Below, in pieces: positions 18,988 to 28,816 of a stretch of DNA of 64,000 nucleotides (positions within the stretch are counted from its first letter, which is position 1; the number at the start of each line of letters is the position of its first letter). Origin of the DNA: a plasmid. Where the stretch lies: sequence record NZ_CP110904.1. One strand, written 5' to 3'. The translations under genes and the position numbers were made by a program. The notes beneath the pieces are model-generated. The model made no database searches, was not told the DNA's origin, and saw only the letters and a list, made by a program, of their open reading frames with translations.

Positions 18988-19125
18988 TGTGGTTTCTCCT
19001 TTCACACATGGTTCACACATTGAGAAGCCTATCCATCTTTATTCGCCCATCCCTGGAAACGACAGTCGTTACACGGTCGCGGGACTCTACATCCCTTCCT
19101 GAAAACGTGGTGTACACACCCCGAA

Positions 19126-19350
19126 TTAATCTTCATCCGCTTCCACTACCGGCTCGGTCGTAATTTCATATTTCACGCAACCAGGTGCATCCAACGCTTT
19201 CGCGACAGACTCACACAGCAATGACAAATCATTCAGGGTCATCGGATATTCAACTTCCAGGCTGTAAAGTGCATTGGCGCTGGAGGCAGTGGCCTTGTCA
19301 GCGTGGCAGGCATTAAAAATGAAAACGGTATTTTTTTCTTGAATAGTCAT
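19126..19350 (-). CDS. small acidic protein, paralog of 12529-12753
   Basis: 74 aa, shares the EYPMTLNDLSLLCESVAKA core. Confidence 0.6.
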   Translation of the reverse strand: MTIQEKNTVFIFNACHADKATASSANALYSLEVEYPMTLNDLSLLCESVAKALDAPGCVKYEITTEPVVEADED

Positions 19351-19407
19351 AGTGCAATCCTCTGGATAATTAGCCCTGTTTTCAGGACGGTTTTCGATTA
19401 AAATTAT

Positions 19408-19902
19408 CTATTCTTTTTTATTACTTACTGAAATCTGTTGAACAGGTTCTGACTGATCATTTTCTCCGACCGGTGTTTTGTCGACAAATGACCATTCTTG
19501 TTTGGGTTCTTTATATAAAGCACTAGCCTCAGTATTCATCCATGATTCAAAAGCAACATAAGTCATGCCTTCCTCACTAACGCGGGCCTTAAAAACCTCC
19601 CAAGCTTGCAGATCAAGCGGCTGGTACTCTTTCAGCGACTGGTCAAGCCATCCCTTCCAGATTTCCTTACGATGTTTAAAATGAGGTATAGCCAGGTATG
19701 CATAACTACCCGCAACACAAATTAAATACAGGAAGCCGCTCCATAGAGAGGAATTGAAAAAAATCTGACTAGGGAAAATACATGCCACTATGGCAATAAT
19801 TAATAGCAGGTGTTCCTTACCAGTGGGCTTATTAAATTCCCAGTTGATTGAAATGCCCCTTATCTTCCTTAAGTTCCTTTTTTTATCCTCTTTATCGGTC
19901 AT
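19408..19902 (-). CDS. membrane protein (164 aa, 2-3 TM)
   Basis: ORF with hydrophobic segments. Confidence 0.5.
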   Translation of the reverse strand: MTDKEDKKRNLRKIRGISINWEFNKPTGKEHLLLIIAIVACIFPSQIFFNSSLWSGFLYLICVAGSYAYLAIPHFKHRKEIWKGWLDQSLKEYQPLDLQAWEVFKARVSEEGMTYVAFESWMNTEASALYKEPKQEWSFVDKTPVGENDQSEPVQQISVSNKKE

Positions 19903-19950
19903 ATATCAGTCCCTAATAGTTTTAAAATGGATGTTGTTAGTCTGATGAAA

Positions 19951-19961
19951 AAAGTTACTTT
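19951..19961. repeat. AAAGTTACTTT palindromic repeat, copy f
   Basis: Intergenic. Confidence 0.6.
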
Positions 19962-20020
19962 TCAAACCCGCACCGTAACGGACTTCACCCCTGCGAGCAT
20001 TACACCACACACATTTCATC

Positions 20021-20060
20021 TATTTTTCCGTTAACGGGGCTATTTTCACGCTTTTTTAGG
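20021..20060. promoter_or_regulatory. CCGTTAACGGGGCTATTTTCAC element (second copy; contains the perfect dyad CCGTTAACGG)
   Basis: See 13066-13100. Confidence 0.35.
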
Positions 20061-20083
20061 TCTGTCTGATTGTGCTAATTGCC

Positions 20084-22465
20084 TCACGCCAGCAGGCGGA
20101 CCAGACGATTCAGCAGAGGCCTTAACAGTGCCGCAGTACTCTCCCGGCAATCATCCACATGCCGGAATCCCGTCTTTTTCGAAGACTGGGGACCGGACAG
20201 CATCCTCAGCGCCCAAATAACCTCCCGTAAGGTTTCGTCGTACTCCTGGGAAATACACCTGGCTAACGTCGTCAGAAAGCGTTTTCTGACAGCCCGGTAA
20301 TACAACCGTTCCTCCGGTTGCATTGATTGAGGCTTAATCCGCAGGTTACAGAGAGTCAGTACAGCGTCGAGCAGACCGGCTTTCAGTTCGTCACCCGTCC
20401 GGGCCAGATGTTGCTGGCGTTCGTTCTCCAGTTGCGTCGTGATCCATGCCCCAAGAGGCGTTCGGTTGTGGGTGTGCAGCGCCACACAGGCCGCAACACA
20501 GCACCAGAAGCGCAGTTTCTGCCGCTGCCCCCGCAGTTTACGGGCAACGAGCAGGCGGTAATCGCAGTCGGTCAGGATCTTGAAACGGTGGCTGACGAGC
20601 AGGGACGGCAGCGGCGTCTGGTCGTTAATGCCAAGACGTGAAAAGGCCTGCCCGCGTTGAGCGAGGCGGTGGTACACCGCACCTTTCCCCCGGGAAATTC
20701 GGACGGCGCCGTATCTAAGCAGGTACTGTGCCGCCGCCACGGGGGTAAACTCACCGTCAGACACACGCTGGCGTAATCCGTCATATTCATGCCAGATAAT
20801 CCAGGACGCAGTGTCTTCATCGACCGTCAGCTCATCCTCTTCTTCGAATGCAACGATGTTCAGGCTTTCCCCGCTGCTCAGCAGGCTGCGGGAAGCACGG
20901 TCATCCTCCCGACCGTCAAAATAGGCCATTTCGGCAGACGGATCAGACAGCCCGTCAAATGACGTCCCGATACGGCCTTCCGGCAACTTCATCCAGCGTG
21001 GTGCTGGCATCGGCGTGCGGGGTACGGGTTGCATAGCTGGCTCATCGTCGAGCAGATCCAGTGCCCCCCCTTCCCACACCTGGCGGTAAAGTTCGATGGC
21101 GCGAAATGGTCGCGGGTTAAAGCAATGCAGTGACCAGAGAAAGTCGATATGCAGCACGTTGGCTTCCTGCACCAGTCGAAACTGCGGCTCCGCCATGCGG
21201 CGGTTATGCGCCGTATCTTCGACCTCGCCAGAAAGTAACTTTTCCCGCACCGCTGCGGCCCGCTGGGCCTCCACGTAATCGAGGCTGCAACAGATATGGA
21301 ACAGTCGTTCGGTCAGGGACGACGAGAAAACATTGGGCTGAAGACGCACATACCCGCCCTCAAACACTTTGCGGCCGATATAATCCCGAAGGCTCCAGTC
21401 GTACTGGATTTTGGTCAGGAAACGCTGAAGGCGGTTTAGACCAGCCTGGTAGCCGTACTTCTCAGGATCAGTGCGGAGTAAGGTTTCCATCGAGTGGTCA
21501 ATGCCGACGGCGCAGCATAGCGAGCATCCATAGCGAGCGCCGCAGGCAGAAGACCGGGCCGTGTATTTCTCCGGCGTCCAGATACATTCCCCGGTCGCGT
21601 CTTTGTAAAGCGTGGCGAGGCTGAAGTTGTCCGGCAAAAAGCTTGGCAGCGGAAATCGCGCCAGCGAACCACAGGCCATCAGAAATGACCAGATATCCTG
21701 TGTCCGCCACTCTTTCACCGGGTACAGTTCGCCGCCGAGCTCCGTGAGCGAGACGCTGTCCGACTGCCCGCCCATTCTGAGGATGTTGCCTGCCCGACGG
21801 GCGCTCTCATCATCGCGGGAACCCAGCATCAGGCACACTTTGTTGCGGACGGAAGCTGGTGCATTTTTTAAATAACGGGCTTTGGCCTGGCGCAGTGGAG
21901 AGCGTTTGAGATCTGTAGAGCATTGACGCGTATTGGAATTTGTCCAGGTCGGAAGTCCGCGTCCGGTCAGAATGCGTCCGACCCAGCTCTGGGTCATGGA
22001 CGGGTGGGCCACCAGGACGGTCACGGGCAGTTGCTGTTCGGCAATAAAGGCTCGGAGCTGGCTGAGAACCTGCGTGGACTGATGATGCATCTCAGGGTTT
22101 TCAATCTGGGTGTTGGAGATCTGAATGAAGTGGTGCTGGCTGACGTTCGACCCGTTCCGTACGGCACGGATCAGGGCCATGAGGAACAGGTGCAGTAGCG
22201 AGTGGGAGTCTTTCCCGCCGCTGTAGCCGACGCACATGGTCCAGCCTTCGGTAATCGCATGATAAATGGCACTGGTTGCCGTCGTCACGCGCGATGCGAG
22301 ACTGACCGGCTCACCGGCATCGGTATAATTCAGATCCGCATCGGTCTTCAGTGTTTGCCAGACATCGCCCCATTTATCCTGCGTCAGAATGGCAGCGTTA
22401 GCCGCCTCAGAAAATTGAATTTCTGAGGGTAATTCAAGGAATGTTTCTTTTATTTCGATATACAT
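20084..22465 (-). CDS. PAPS-reductase / DndC / IbrA-superfamily PP-loop ATP pyrophosphatase with a roughly 400-aa C-terminal extension (793 aa)
   Basis: PP-loop SGGKDS at residue 82 (CVGYSGGKDSHSLL) and a Cys cluster CGARYGCSLCC of the DndC/CysH iron-sulfur type. The C-terminal half has no recognisable family. Confidence 0.7.
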   Translation of the reverse strand: MYIEIKETFLELPSEIQFSEAANAAILTQDKWGDVWQTLKTDADLNYTDAGEPVSLASRVTTATSAIYHAITEGWTMCVGYSGGKDSHSLLHLFLMALIRAVRNGSNVSQHHFIQISNTQIENPEMHHQSTQVLSQLRAFIAEQQLPVTVLVAHPSMTQSWVGRILTGRGLPTWTNSNTRQCSTDLKRSPLRQAKARYLKNAPASVRNKVCLMLGSRDDESARRAGNILRMGGQSDSVSLTELGGELYPVKEWRTQDIWSFLMACGSLARFPLPSFLPDNFSLATLYKDATGECIWTPEKYTARSSACGARYGCSLCCAVGIDHSMETLLRTDPEKYGYQAGLNRLQRFLTKIQYDWSLRDYIGRKVFEGGYVRLQPNVFSSSLTERLFHICCSLDYVEAQRAAAVREKLLSGEVEDTAHNRRMAEPQFRLVQEANVLHIDFLWSLHCFNPRPFRAIELYRQVWEGGALDLLDDEPAMQPVPRTPMPAPRWMKLPEGRIGTSFDGLSDPSAEMAYFDGREDDRASRSLLSSGESLNIVAFEEEDELTVDEDTASWIIWHEYDGLRQRVSDGEFTPVAAAQYLLRYGAVRISRGKGAVYHRLAQRGQAFSRLGINDQTPLPSLLVSHRFKILTDCDYRLLVARKLRGQRQKLRFWCCVAACVALHTHNRTPLGAWITTQLENERQQHLARTGDELKAGLLDAVLTLCNLRIKPQSMQPEERLYYRAVRKRFLTTLARCISQEYDETLREVIWALRMLSGPQSSKKTGFRHVDDCRESTAALLRPLLNRLVRLLA
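21232..21242. repeat. AAAGTAACTTT palindromic repeat, copy g (inside the 793-aa gene)
   Basis: Exact palindrome followed by TTTTCCCGC. Confidence 0.5.
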
Positions 22466-22642
22466 ATTATTTCCTGAATTTTGGCTTTCGCTGCATTATC
22501 GCGTTATTTATTAAACCCATCTAATATCTTCAGTGCAATATGTGAAGATAAAATTAGTTAAATTGGAATTATGCCAATTTAACTAAATAGCACTGAACAA
22601 ATAGAATTACGCGGCAATAAATATATTATCTTTACCACGCTC

Positions 22643-23089
22643 TCACGAATACTGCTGGGTAATTAAAACCGTCGTATTTGATTCCAGCTCTGCCAACGGA
22701 ATTCTGGGGGTATTGAGCATCATGTCATCACCGCAATGGCGGGGTACAGCCGTCAGTTGAAATGATTCTTTCATGACCCGGATGGAAGTTGTTTCCGTGC
22801 GAGAGGACGGCATGACGTCCCGGAGCATGGTTTCCTGCCCGTTACTGTCACTTTCAATAAATGCAGCCTTCGCCATGAGTTCCTCAATGTCCTCTTCCGA
22901 TGTTTCGGACCAGAGGCAGTCATAGAAGAAAAACTCTGCAACGTACAAATCATTCTCTTTCACGTATGCCGCCAGTTCACGGATACGCTGAGCCAGCGAT
23001 GTATCAATGGAAAAGAAGACGCTTTGCGGGACTTCACTCGCAAATTCATTGATGCAGCTAGCGGACGCAATCAAAAGTTTATTGAACAT
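22643..23089 (-). CDS. hypothetical acidic protein (148 aa)
   Basis: RBS GGAG 6 nt before the ATG at 23089. The ORF track gives 23125. Confidence 0.5.
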   Translation of the reverse strand: MFNKLLIASASCINEFASEVPQSVFFSIDTSLAQRIRELAAYVKENDLYVAEFFFYDCLWSETSEEDIEELMAKAAFIESDSNGQETMLRDVMPSSRTETTSIRVMKESFQLTAVPRHCGDDMMLNTPRIPLAELESNTTVLITQQYS

Positions 23090-23135
23090 TTCAGCTCTCC
23101 ATGCCACCGGCTGTCCCGGTGGCAATCTAGGGTTA

Positions 23136-23942
23136 TCAGGCAGTCACGGGGCACAATACGTCCAGCGAAGGCAGCAATTTGCTCAGGCTGTCGTACACGA
23201 CGGGCGTCAGTTCGGTGACGCTGTGAAGCGCCATGCTGGTGTTGTCTTCTTCGCTGAGAATGATGACTCCATCCTCATCAGGATCGTCAGAAGTACTCTC
23301 GTCCGAGGCCAGGCGGTGGCGTGCAACGTCATAAGGCGATTCAGACGCTTTGCAGCTCATCAGATAGCATTCTGTGTATGTGTTTTCGTGGTTATACTGG
23401 TTCACTTTCACCAACGCATACTGAACACCGGCATCATGGGCTTCGTTCATCAGGCGGGAAAAATTAAAGCCTTCCTCATAGTGGTGTGTATCTTTAGTCA
23501 CCACGATTGTCGCACCGCCGAACTCGTTTTCGCGTGGTCGGTCGCAGACGAAAGCGGCATTGATTGTGACCATTTCAGGCAGGTTAAACACCGACAACAC
23601 GGCAGTTGTTACCGCGATTGCGTGGTCGAGGTTAATGCTTTCATCATGGCTGATTGCCAGACCGCTACCGGTGATTTCCGCTTTGAGTTCCAGCTCGTAA
23701 TTGTCTTCTGGTGACTCCGGCTGACCAAAAGTCGGCTCAAACGGATCGCACTCCGGGTGGTTCTGAATAATACCCAGGACCAGCAGTTCAGTGAGGGAAC
23801 ACTCTGAAGCAGGTTTAGACAGCAGGTGATCACCTTCCGACACATCCGTGTCCGTAACATACGCAATCGCGTCCAGAGCCATCTGAGCCTGTTCCTGTGA
23901 ACAGAGAATTGTGAAGGATGCCTGAGTGTAATTATTTGCCAT
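23136..23942 (-). CDS. hypothetical acidic protein (268 aa)
   Basis: RBS AAGGAG. Has its own promoter-module copy. Confidence 0.55.
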   Translation of the reverse strand: MANNYTQASFTILCSQEQAQMALDAIAYVTDTDVSEGDHLLSKPASECSLTELLVLGIIQNHPECDPFEPTFGQPESPEDNYELELKAEITGSGLAISHDESINLDHAIAVTTAVLSVFNLPEMVTINAAFVCDRPRENEFGGATIVVTKDTHHYEEGFNFSRLMNEAHDAGVQYALVKVNQYNHENTYTECYLMSCKASESPYDVARHRLASDESTSDDPDEDGVIILSEEDNTSMALHSVTELTPVVYDSLSKLLPSLDVLCPVTA

Positions 23943-23987
23943 TGCATAACTCCTTATTTAATTAAGTGTGATTGCTGTCTGTGAATA

Positions 23988-24022
23988 GATAATATCAAAA
24001 CAGATACCCGCACCTAATAACC
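23988..24022 (-). promoter_or_regulatory. promoter module copy 2
   Basis: GGTTATTAGG, 16-nt spacer, TGATATTAT. Confidence 0.55.
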
Positions 24023-24171
24023 CGAAATGAAATATTTTCGAAGTTTTTATAGAGAAGACAGGCGCCATATTTATTAATCCAGCCATTATTTAGAGGGCGG
24101 CATTAAGTAATTATGCGGAAAAAATAAAAAACCGCCACAAGGGCGGCATTTATTAAATGGGAAAGATTCAG

Positions 24172-24435
24172 TTATAAGGTATGTGTCAGGGCGGAAACAA
24201 TGATCCGGTCTGGTAACAGTGATTGAAGGGACGCCGACGAAATGACAAGTGCCTTTTCAATGTGTGCCTCTCCGTCGGCGATATGTCGCCGGAATGCCGC
24301 TTCTGCTTCACCGGAGGAGTCGGCTTCAACCAGCATCACTTCTTCCTCATCATCAAACATCATGCGGCCTGAGATAATATACAGTCGGCTTAAGTCCGGG
24401 AGATTTACAGCGTTGCCCTGTTTGTTAATCATCAT
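24172..24435 (-). CDS. hypothetical acidic protein (88 aa)
   Basis: RBS GGAGAAAAA before the ATGATG start. Confidence 0.45.
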   Translation of the reverse strand: MMINKQGNAVNLPDLSRLYIISGRMMFDDEEEVMLVEADSSGEAEAAFRRHIADGEAHIEKALVISSASLQSLLPDRIIVSALTHTL

Positions 24436-24491
24436 TTTTCTCCGTCTGCAATTTTTAAATTTGTCAGTTCTGCTACGGGTAAAATACACCA

Positions 24492-24824
24492 TCAGCCCTG
24501 TAAACCCGGACAGGTATCAACGTAGCTCATCGGTTTGCCAATCGCGGCGCTTAGGCGAAGGATTTCGCCGATGGAGACGTACCGCAGCATTTCAGAACGC
24601 CCGTGTTTCTGGTATTCATCCACCGACATGGTGCGCCAGTCCTTGTGCGGTGTGTTTTTGCACAACTGCCAGTTGTCGACAGTGGTCGGGCGACGCAGGA
24701 CATACACACCCAGCGAAGGCGTGAGGCCTAAGCCAAATGACTGCTGCACCACAATACGCACTTCAGAGCCGTCGGGGCGTTTCAGTGTCTGAGTAATTTT
24801 AGTGATGAGCTGTTCGGATTCCAT
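24492..24824 (-). CDS. hypothetical protein (110 aa)
   Basis: Has a promoter-module copy upstream. Confidence 0.5.
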   Translation of the reverse strand: MESEQLITKITQTLKRPDGSEVRIVVQQSFGLGLTPSLGVYVLRRPTTVDNWQLCKNTPHKDWRTMSVDEYQKHGRSEMLRYVSIGEILRLSAAIGKPMSYVDTCPGLQG

Positions 24825-24863
24825 ACTATTAACCTCGACCGTCAGTTGGGTTGCTGTAGGGAT

Positions 24864-24896
24864 ATTTTAGCAAAGTCGGTTCACTGGCTAATAAGT
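24864..24896 (-). promoter_or_regulatory. promoter module copy 3
   Basis: CTTATTAGCC, 14-nt spacer, TGCTAAAAT. Confidence 0.5.
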
Positions 24897-25158
24897 ACAA
24901 AGCGAAATTTTTAAAAATAGAGGAATAAAACAGGAAGAGAACAAATCTGGAAACAGCAAAATCACATTATCCGATTGCAATTCATTTCACATTTGACATA
25001 TTCGGAATTAAGTACGCAACGAACCTGCATCGTCTGGTATAAAAGTATATTTCAAATATTCAGGTTATTATCTGAAGTAAAATACTCTCTGCCCCGGTTG
25101 CAATACCAGACGGAACACAAGACGTTATGAAGAGCCTGTCCCGGTTCAAAAGCTGCGG

Positions 25159-25389
25159 CTAATTTTTTCTGACCCACTTAACGAGAATGCCAGCCAGAGT
25201 CACAGTCAGCATCAATGCCCATACTGAAGAAATAAAGTTAAGCAATGGAATACGCTCAGAATAATCACAGGTACTGGATGGGTCACTGGCAAATTTACAG
25301 ATAAATTCGGGATCAAGCCCCCAGTAAACGAAAGAAAATAACACAACGAGCGATACACTGATTTTAAAGATTTTTTCGCTTGTCATCAT
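25159..25389 (-). CDS. small membrane protein (76 aa)
   Basis: Two TM helices. Confidence 0.45.
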   Translation of the reverse strand: MMTSEKIFKISVSLVVLFSFVYWGLDPEFICKFASDPSSTCDYSERIPLLNFISSVWALMLTVTLAGILVKWVRKN

Positions 25390-25426
25390 TTATCATCTCA
25401 ATCCAGGAGGTTATATAAACCTGAAA

Positions 25427-25870
25427 CTATTTCAGCCGTGTTTCGAACTGGTAAGGAATTTTCTGGACGGTTTTCATCAGATCAAAAATCGCCGGATGAG
25501 CCGGATTTAAAAGGTAGTTAAACTCCACCGGAGATAATGCACTGGGAATACGCAGGGCAACAGAAGAGCCACTTTCAGCCCAGTTATCGCCATACAGGGC
25601 AAGTTCTGCGGGCGCATCTTCACTTGCCCAGCCCGGCGGCAGCAGGTTCAAGTCAAAGGCCTGGATCTGGTCATCCGGGACATCAATGCTCAGCAGCGTG
25701 TAAGCGTCCAGAAGCTGCGGGGCATTGATATGCACCAGCGTCTCCAGCATGGTCAGAGAGGCCGTCTCGGACAGATAGACAAGTGCTGTGCCGACACTGT
25801 TCCAGCGGCCTCCCGCTTCTTTCGCACCTAATCCCGACCATGCAGTCGTAATATAGCGGGTCTTGGTCAT
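25427..25870 (-). CDS. RES-domain toxin
   Basis: GGRWN...TASLTMLETLVH...LLNPAHP signature of RES-domain toxins. An alternative GTG start at 25885 overlaps the antitoxin stop. Confidence 0.8.
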   Translation of the reverse strand: MTKTRYITTAWSGLGAKEAGGRWNSVGTALVYLSETASLTMLETLVHINAPQLLDAYTLLSIDVPDDQIQAFDLNLLPPGWASEDAPAELALYGDNWAESGSSVALRIPSALSPVEFNYLLNPAHPAIFDLMKTVQKIPYQFETRLK

Positions 25871-25881
25871 CCGATACAGGA

Positions 25882-26328
25882 TCACGAATAGACTCCGTGT
25901 TCAATACGGGTGATCAGGCGCATCACTTCGAGTGCGCCGGTTTCCGAAGAGACAACATCTGCCGGAGTCTTCCAGCTCAAGCCACGGTTTGGCTCGTTCA
26001 TCCATTTCTGTGCTGCCTCTTTGTCGCCTTCGAACAGCTCTACAGCCCGTTCAATGACGCGAATAATACGCACCAGACGTTCGCTCTGATCCGCAGTGAA
26101 ACGGGCTTTTACGCTGCGATTGAAGGTGGTGTTCGGAATGCCGGACATTTTGCGCAGTTCCGACGGCGTGATGTTCGCCCATTCAGAAATGGAATGAGCG
26201 ACTTTACCTTCCAGTCCGTGGCTAATTTTGTCCATCAGCGCAATGCCGTCATTATCCAGACCCACCACCTGCCATAAGCCGTGCGGGTTCATTTTGGATA
26301 AATCTGGAGAAAAAACTTTCATAGTCAT
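25882..26328 (-). CDS. Xre-like antitoxin with a DUF2384 (MbcA/ParS-type) C-terminal domain
   Basis: C-terminus WMNEPNRGLSWKTPADVVSSETGALEVMRLITRIEHGVYS. RBS GGGAGG before the ATG at 26328. Confidence 0.8.
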   Translation of the reverse strand: MTMKVFSPDLSKMNPHGLWQVVGLDNDGIALMDKISHGLEGKVAHSISEWANITPSELRKMSGIPNTTFNRSVKARFTADQSERLVRIIRVIERAVELFEGDKEAAQKWMNEPNRGLSWKTPADVVSSETGALEVMRLITRIEHGVYS

Positions 26329-26404
26329 AACCGACCCTCCCATTTGGGATGTCAATTATACCATATGGGTGACTACTGGCAATATTTTCACCTTTCTCAT
26401 AACG

Positions 26405-26713
26405 TCAGTTCGTCACCCGGCTGACTCTGGCATGGGCATTGCCCTGAATGTTCCAGTACAGCCCAGCCGGAAGCTCTGCGGCCCAGGTTGCCCCCCGTTC
26501 CGACATTTGTTCGGGCGTTTCCAGCCATCCACGCGGAATAGTACCGGTGGTGTCACCGATAACCCGCGAGACGCAGGCGGCAACGCGGACGCCGCCGGGG
26601 ACATCACAGCCGGATTCAACGATGTGCATCACTTCCATTAATGCGCCGTACGCTTCAACACGGTCGCCCTTTTGCAGTTCAATGGGGGAAACCTGTTCAG
26701 TCAAATTCTTCAT
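26405..26713 (-). CDS. hypothetical protein (102 aa)
   Basis: RBS GGGAG before the MKNLTEQ start. Confidence 0.45.
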   Translation of the reverse strand: MKNLTEQVSPIELQKGDRVEAYGALMEVMHIVESGCDVPGGVRVAACVSRVIGDTTGTIPRGWLETPEQMSERGATWAAELPAGLYWNIQGNAHARVSRVTN

Positions 26714-26888
26714 GCTCACACTCCCTTCAGTGATTAAAATTGTCGCCGTCGTTTTTAAGGCATCCGGGAGAAGAATCCTGGTGGCCATTACGCCGGTATG
26801 TTGCTGAATCATTTTCTGTCAGCGCCGTCGCCGCAGGACATCCCCGCTGGCGTCACTTCCGGCTGCTGGCCAGGCTAAACCGCCCAGC

Positions 26889-28158
26889 TCATCCCCCTTC
26901 CCGCAGTTCATCACGGTAAAGGGCAACCAGGTCATCGAGTATCGGGCTGCTCTGGTATCCCGGCATTTCTGTAAACAGGCTGCGCGAGATCCCGAGCCAT
27001 TCCATTATTTTGTCCGTTGCATACCAACGTCTGCCGAGCCGCTCAGCGGCAACCGGTACTTTGTGCAGACCGGCAAATGGCTCAACTACCAGATCACCAG
27101 GCCTGGTGAGGAACTCGATCAGGAATGCGGCGAGTCGAGTGGGTGACGTTGCACCGTGCAGCGGAAACCCCAGTTCGCGGGCGATGCGATGGCAGAGCCG
27201 CGTATCCGGGCAGGCATTGCCAAACATAAGCGTATTTTTGGGGATAGTCCCTTCTGTCTTATTGCCGAAGGCGCCATTTTTAAGCTGGTAAGCGCCATCC
27301 CCGTAAAATGTAGTGCGGTTTTCGCCGCCGGACGCCTGCAATTTCTGATGCTGCTCTGAATGAGGCTGGAGAACGCGCATGTTGTTCGAACGAACCTTTT
27401 GCGCGTCATTAGTAAACCACAGCACCGGCTCGTAAGACGAACAGAGCTGAACACGCTGTTTACACGCCCAGTGAGTCGGCGACGGGGGTTTCGCTCGGTT
27501 CACCCAGTTCAGTCTGTCCATCAGCTCAAGACCCAGCTTATCGCACAGCGCCAGTGTCAGTCTTTCCAGATACAGAGAGCGCGATGGCCTGCCTGGATTA
27601 AAGCTGTCCTGCGTCACATTGAGCGCCACGCTGCCCCCCGGCACGAGCTGCTTCACGATAGGCTCAAGAATCCGCAGCAGCCAGTCAATATACGCCTGCT
27701 CACCGCGTCCGCCGCCGTGCCCGTAATTTCGGGCATTACGCAGCAGGAACGGGGGCGACGTAAGGCAGAGATGGATTTGCTCATTGATGTTGCTGAAGAA
27801 CGCGTACGCATTCCCGAAGACCGATGCCCCGAGCGAAGTTGAGAAGCCAACGACGCACAGTTTGTCCCAGGACTCATGCAGCTTCTTGTCATTTTTGAAG
27901 GCATAGCGCCAGACGCCCCGCTTTTCCGGGACACGCTCGATCACCCCGGCCTGCCGCAGCGTCTGCTGATACCAGCGAACCTGATGCTTGACGCCGCTGG
28001 TTCGCATTTTGTCCGAGCCGAACGCCTTCATTTTCTGTAGTTCTGCATCCGACATCCCCGTTTCGCGTTGTACCTCGCGATACAGCTCTTCGTTCGTTAA
28101 CGGGGTGTCTGACGCGGCATAGATCCGCGCAATCAAATCGCTGTTAAGGTTGCTCATC
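26889..28158 (-). CDS. beta-class DNA methyltransferase (N6A/N4C, SPPF motif), orphan
   Basis: Motif IV TSPPF precedes the C-terminal motif I (VVEPFAGLH...YATD). The N-terminal roughly 90 aa form an extra domain. No adjacent nuclease gene. Confidence 0.8.
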
Positions 28159-28755
28159 AGCCATCCTTGAAAAACGGACCAGGGCGGCTTCACACTGCTC
28201 TTTACCCCACGAGTCCTGCCAGTCGCACAGGTGGAGATATTTGCGTTCGAGTGCTTCCATTTCATCGAGATTTGAACTCGATAATCCCGCCCAGACGTCG
28301 TGCCAGCACACATCGTAAGTAACGCCTGCCGGTGGGCAGTATTCCAGAGCATCCGCATGGATGATTTCAACACGGGGATCGTGGGCAAAGGCCTCGGCAA
28401 CCAGGTTAATCACATCCTGCGACTTCTCAATGACAGTCACGTTGTTAACTTCCGGCTTCTGAAGAATGGCGTGCAGCACCATCCCCAGCCCCAGTCCGTT
28501 GATCAGGACGTGCCCTGTCGCTCGCTTTATGAACTCCTGACAGAGTTGGATTTCGTATGGCAAATTGGTCATCACCACATTTCTGCCATTTGAAAGGCGG
28601 CGATAGTTACCGGGCTGTAAAACCGCGTCGATATCCTCCGTAGCGGCACGGAGGAAAAGGCTAACCGCCTTATCTTTGGAGATTTCGAAGCTGTCCAGTG
28701 TCCAGGCACCGGATGTTCCATCTTTAACAGGTAAATTAGAAAAGCAACTCTTCAT
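28144..28755 (-). CDS. small class-I SAM-dependent methyltransferase-like protein (203 aa), tandem paralog A
   Basis: Rossmann motif I VLINGLGLGMVLHA and post-I DPRVEIIHADALEY. Confidence 0.6.
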   Translation of the reverse strand: MKSCFSNLPVKDGTSGAWTLDSFEISKDKAVSLFLRAATEDIDAVLQPGNYRRLSNGRNVVMTNLPYEIQLCQEFIKRATGHVLINGLGLGMVLHAILQKPEVNNVTVIEKSQDVINLVAEAFAHDPRVEIIHADALEYCPPAGVTYDVCWHDVWAGLSSSNLDEMEALERKYLHLCDWQDSWGKEQCEAALVRFSRMADEQP

Positions 28756-28816
28756 CAGTCATCCTTAAAATGGATTCAGTTCAACGTAAGTGGGCGCAGG
28801 AAGACGGTGAAGCAGG

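Noticed and set aside
20327-22426. Several 60-160-aa ORFs on the plus strand (20327-20641, 21130-21624, 21923-22198 and others)
   Set aside because: They lie antisense inside the 793-aa PAPS-reductase-family gene and have GC-rich, Arg/Pro-rich shadow-ORF composition.
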